Shown piece after piece: positions 61,086 to 64,000 of a DNA stretch of 64,000 nt. Each line of letters opens with the position of its first letter. The first letter of the stretch is position 1. The notes under the pieces are model-generated. The model did no database searches, had not been told where the DNA came from, and worked only from the letters and a program-made list of their open reading frames with translations. Origin of the DNA: Candidatus Multivorans sp. Its GTDB lineage: Bacteria; Acidobacteriota; Thermoanaerobaculia; Multivoradales; Multivoraceae. The stretch covers positions 1,760,001 to 1,824,000 of the forward strand of contig OZ251997.1 of assembly GCA_965247095.1 (NCBI GenBank). Reading direction: 5' to 3'. The position numbers were made by a program, and so were the translations under genes.

Positions 61086-63127
61086 CTAGGCGGAACTTCA
61101 CGGGCGATTTCGGTGGCGTTTGGCAGTAGATCGCTGACGGCAGTTGATTTCCCGGCGCTCCGGGCGGGCCGGCGTGCTGGATATTTGTTTACATGCATGA
61201 TGATGTATACATGTAGACTTCTCTATCTGTTCCCTGTATGATCTATCCACAGAGTGTTTACATGCTCGACGAAGCGACGTGTCCTTCCGCATCGACGTCA
61301 TCTCCAACCACGGCCGCTCGCCACAGACTCTTCTGCGGCAGTCCTGGCGAGAAGGCAAGCGCGTACGACACAAGACCGTCGCAAACCTGACCAAGCTCCC
61401 GCCGCACGTCGTCGACGGTTTCCGCGCCGTCCTCAAGGGCGGCGCCGTCTTCACCGGCATCGACCAGGCCGTCTCCATCCGAAGGGCCCTCCTTCACGGC
61501 CACGTCGCCGCCATCCTCGGCGTCGCCCGAAAGCTCGGACTCCCGCGCATCCTCGACCGCAAGAGCACACGCTGCGGCAAGCTCGCCCTCGCCGCGGTCG
61601 TCGCCCGCATCATCGACCCTGCCTCGAAGCTCTCCACCGCACGGCATCTCTCCCCAGACACGGCCGCCTCGAGTCTCGGGGCCATCCTGGGGCTCGGGCA
61701 CGTCACCGGCAACGAGATGCTCGCCATGCTCGACTGGCTTCACGGTCGGCAGCGTCACATCGAAGCCAGTCTCGCGAGGCGGCATCTTGCCGGAGGGACT
61801 CTGATCCTCTACGACGTCAGCTCAAGCTTCGTGGAGGGCAGGTGCTGCCCGCTCGCCGCCTTCGGCCACAACCGGGACGGGAAGAAAGGCAAGAAACAGA
61901 TCACCTACGGGCTTCTCTGCAGCGCCGACGGGTGTCCGGTGGCCGTCGAAGTCTTCTCGGGCAATGTCAGTGACCCGTCCACGGTGAGCTCTCAGGTGCT
62001 CAAGCTCCGCAAGCGCTTTCGCATCGAGCGGATCGCACTGGTCGGGGATCGGGGCATGCTCACCAGCGCGCGCATCCGTGAGGACGTCAAGCCCGCCGGG
62101 CTCGACTGGATCTCGGCGCTGAAGACCACCGAGATCCGAAAGCTGCTCGTCGCGCGAGAGCCCGGGGAGGACGCCCGGCCGCCGCTTCGTCCAGAGGACC
62201 TCGCGGCCGATCAGGTCGCCGAGATCACCAGCCCGGACTTCCCCGGCGAGCGCCTGATGGTCTGCTTGAACCCGCGTCTGCGCGAGGAACGGGCGCGAAA
62301 GCGCGAGGACCTGCTTGCGGCAACCGAGGCCGCCCTCGCCGAGATCGCCACAAGTGCGCGGAGGCGACAGCCCGGGGCAAGCAACCGCGACCGCATCCAC
62401 GCCGCGGTCGGCGAACAGGCCAACCGGTGGAAGATGCGCAAGCACTTCGACATCGAGGTGCGCGATGACGGAATCAGTTGGCAGCGCAACCGGGAGAAGA
62501 TCGACGCCGAGTCCCGGCTCGACGGCGTCTACATCATCCGCACCAGCCTCTCGGACGCCGATATCGACGCCGAGCGGACGGTCGAGGCCTACAAGGCACT
62601 CTCACGCGTCGAACGCGCCTTCCGCGCGATCAAGACCGGTCGGCTCCAGGTGCGTCCGATCCATGTCTACGCGGAAAACCGGGTACGGGCCCATGTCTTC
62701 CTCTGCATGCTCGCCTGGTACCTTGAATGGCACATGCGCCGCGCGCTCGCGCCGCTCCTCTTCGAGGACGACGACCCCGAGGGCGCACGCGCCAAGCGCT
62801 GCACCCCGGTCGAAAAGGCCCGGCCATCCGACAGCGCGAGGAGGAAGGCTGCATCCAAAGCCACGCCCGAGGGCCTCCCCGTCCAGGCCATGGCCGATCT
62901 GCTGAACCACCTCGGAAGCCTGACCCTCAACGAGGTCACGCTCCCAGGTCAGCCCGACAGCCGATTCATGGTCACCGCCGAGCCAACGCGACTACAGGCC
63001 AAGGCCTTCGAACTCCTCGCACTCCCGCCCGAAACACGTGTTTACAGCAACCGGACACCCTAATCTGGAGATCTTCCCCGTGATTACAGCCGTTTTGTGC
63101 TTCCAAGCCAAGTGAAGTTCCGCCTAG
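61086..63127 (+). mobile_element. Complete IS1634-family element inserted at CTAG
   Basis: Perfect 16-bp IR CTAGGCGGAACTTCAC / GTGAAGTTCCGCCTAG (CTAG present at both ends). Confidence 0.9.
61279..63063 (+). CDS. IS1634-family DDE transposase
   Basis: LYDVSSSFVEG, GHNRDGKKG, VGDRGML, RLDGVYIIRT, VERAFRAIK, RVRAHVFLCMLA. Confidence 0.93.
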   Translation: MSFRIDVISNHGRSPQTLLRQSWREGKRVRHKTVANLTKLPPHVVDGFRAVLKGGAVFTGIDQAVSIRRALLHGHVAAILGVARKLGLPRILDRKSTRCGKLALAAVVARIIDPASKLSTARHLSPDTAASSLGAILGLGHVTGNEMLAMLDWLHGRQRHIEASLARRHLAGGTLILYDVSSSFVEGRCCPLAAFGHNRDGKKGKKQITYGLLCSADGCPVAVEVFSGNVSDPSTVSSQVLKLRKRFRIERIALVGDRGMLTSARIREDVKPAGLDWISALKTTEIRKLLVAREPGEDARPPLRPEDLAADQVAEITSPDFPGERLMVCLNPRLREERARKREDLLAATEAALAEIATSARRRQPGASNRDRIHAAVGEQANRWKMRKHFDIEVRDDGISWQRNREKIDAESRLDGVYIIRTSLSDADIDAERTVEAYKALSRVERAFRAIKTGRLQVRPIHVYAENRVRAHVFLCMLAWYLEWHMRRALAPLLFEDDDPEGARAKRCTPVEKARPSDSARRKAASKATPEGLPVQAMADLLNHLGSLTLNEVTLPGQPDSRFMVTAEPTRLQAKAFELLALPPETRVYSNRTP

Positions 63128-63573
63128 CCCTCCATCGCCCGGAACACCGGCACGACGACCTCGGGCATACGGCAGTGGTTGCCGGTTTCCTTGTCGACCC
63201 AGACGTGGTCGGTGCGGCCCTCCACCAGGACCCGGCCGCCCGTCTCGACCCGGTAGCCGAAGCTCATGGCGCGGCTCTTCAGTCGCTCGAGCCAGCAGCG
63301 GACGCGGACCGGGTCGCCGTAGAGGGCCGCACCCCGGTACTTGAGCTGGACGCCGGTGACCATCAGCCAGTAGCCATCGTCCTCCATGTTCCGGTAGGCC
63401 ATGCCCGCGATGCGGCAGTGGTGGGTCCGGGCCAGCTCGAACCACACCAGGTAGTTCGAGTGATGGACCACGCCCATCTGGTCCGTTTCCTTGTAACGGA
63501 CCTCGATGTCGACCTCGCTCGCCGGCACTTCGCGGCCAGTCGAGATCACTTCCGTGCCGGTCATTCCGTTCAT
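63124..63573 (-). CDS. Acyl-CoA thioesterase (YbgC/FadM, hotdog fold)
   Basis: VRYKETDQMGVVHHSNYLVWFELAR; ATGA overlap with upstream gene. Confidence 0.9.
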   Translation of the reverse strand: MNGMTGTEVISTGREVPASEVDIEVRYKETDQMGVVHHSNYLVWFELARTHHCRIAGMAYRNMEDDGYWLMVTGVQLKYRGAALYGDPVRVRCWLERLKSRAMSFGYRVETGGRVLVEGRTDHVWVDKETGNHCRMPEVVVPVFRAMEG

Positions 63574-64000
63574 ATCGGGCCGCGACTGTAACGGAGAACG
63601 GTCGTGACGATCTTCCAGCCGGCTCGCACCGTACCGGCGAACGTGCCGGTGATCTTGGAAACGCCGGTACGGCGGCGGTAGCTGACCGGCGCCTCGACCA
63701 CCCGCAACCCCCTCCGCAGGGCCTTGACCTGCATCTCGGCCGTCCACCCGAAGTTCGGATCCCGCATCCGGAGCGACTCCAGGGCCGGCCACGCGACGGC
63801 GCGGAACGGTCCCAGGTCGGTGTAGCGGTGGCCGTAGAGCAGGCGCACGAGCAGGCAGGCGAAGCGGTTGCCCCACCGGGCCTGTGGCAGCAGGGCGCCC
63901 GGCTCGGCGGCGCCCAGCACCCGCGAACCGATGACGAGGTCCGCCTCGCCCCGCGCGATCGGCCCGACGAGCGCCGGCATCTCCTCGGGGTGGTCCGAGT
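63570..64000 (-). CDS. Glycosyltransferase family 2, 5' end outside window
   Basis: SDHPEE, DLVIGSR, TDLGPFRA, GWTAEMQVK, GVSKITGT. Confidence 0.88.
   Translation of the reverse strand, partial: SDHPEEMPALVGPIARGEADLVIGSRVLGAAEPGALLPQARWGNRFACLLVRLLYGHRYTDLGPFRAVAWPALESLRMRDPNFGWTAEMQVKALRRGLRVVEAPVSYRRRTGVSKITGTFAGTVRAGWKIVTTVLRYSRGPI

Overview
High-GC bacterial chromosomal window. The gene content (TonB, TonB-dependent receptor, carboxypeptidase-regulatory-like secreted proteins, DUF6116-like protein) suggests a diderm, possibly an Acidobacteriota lineage; this is inference only. Core genes include a Thermus-type LysW-carrier operon (lysWXYZJK), a single-chain AccA-AccD-AccC-AccB carboxylase, glpFK, ppk1, nth, trmJ, two helicases, msrB, myo-inositol oxygenase and several transporters. 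Features hidden from the ORF track: (1) a Fic gene bracketed by two gapless 95-bp quasi-palindromic elements, each holding two 11-6-11 recombinase-like sites whose spacers match in inverted orientation, i.e. a candidate new dif-module-like cassette at the edge of a decayed defence island; (2) a stand-alone PrdB/GrdB-like selenoprotein with an in-frame UGA in a UxxC motif and a bacterial SECIS hairpin, divergent from msrB; (3) two complete IS elements with resolvable ends (an rve-type IS with AGC..GCT ends and an ACCTC duplication; an IS1634-family element at CTAG); (4) a secreted metzincin whose signal peptide and catalytic domain lie in different frames; (5) several genes eroded by large internal deletions; (6) pervasive TANNNT boxes 6-9 nt before start codons, suggesting leaderless mRNAs. 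No CRISPR array, rRNA or tRNA was recognised. All alignments and counts were done by eye.
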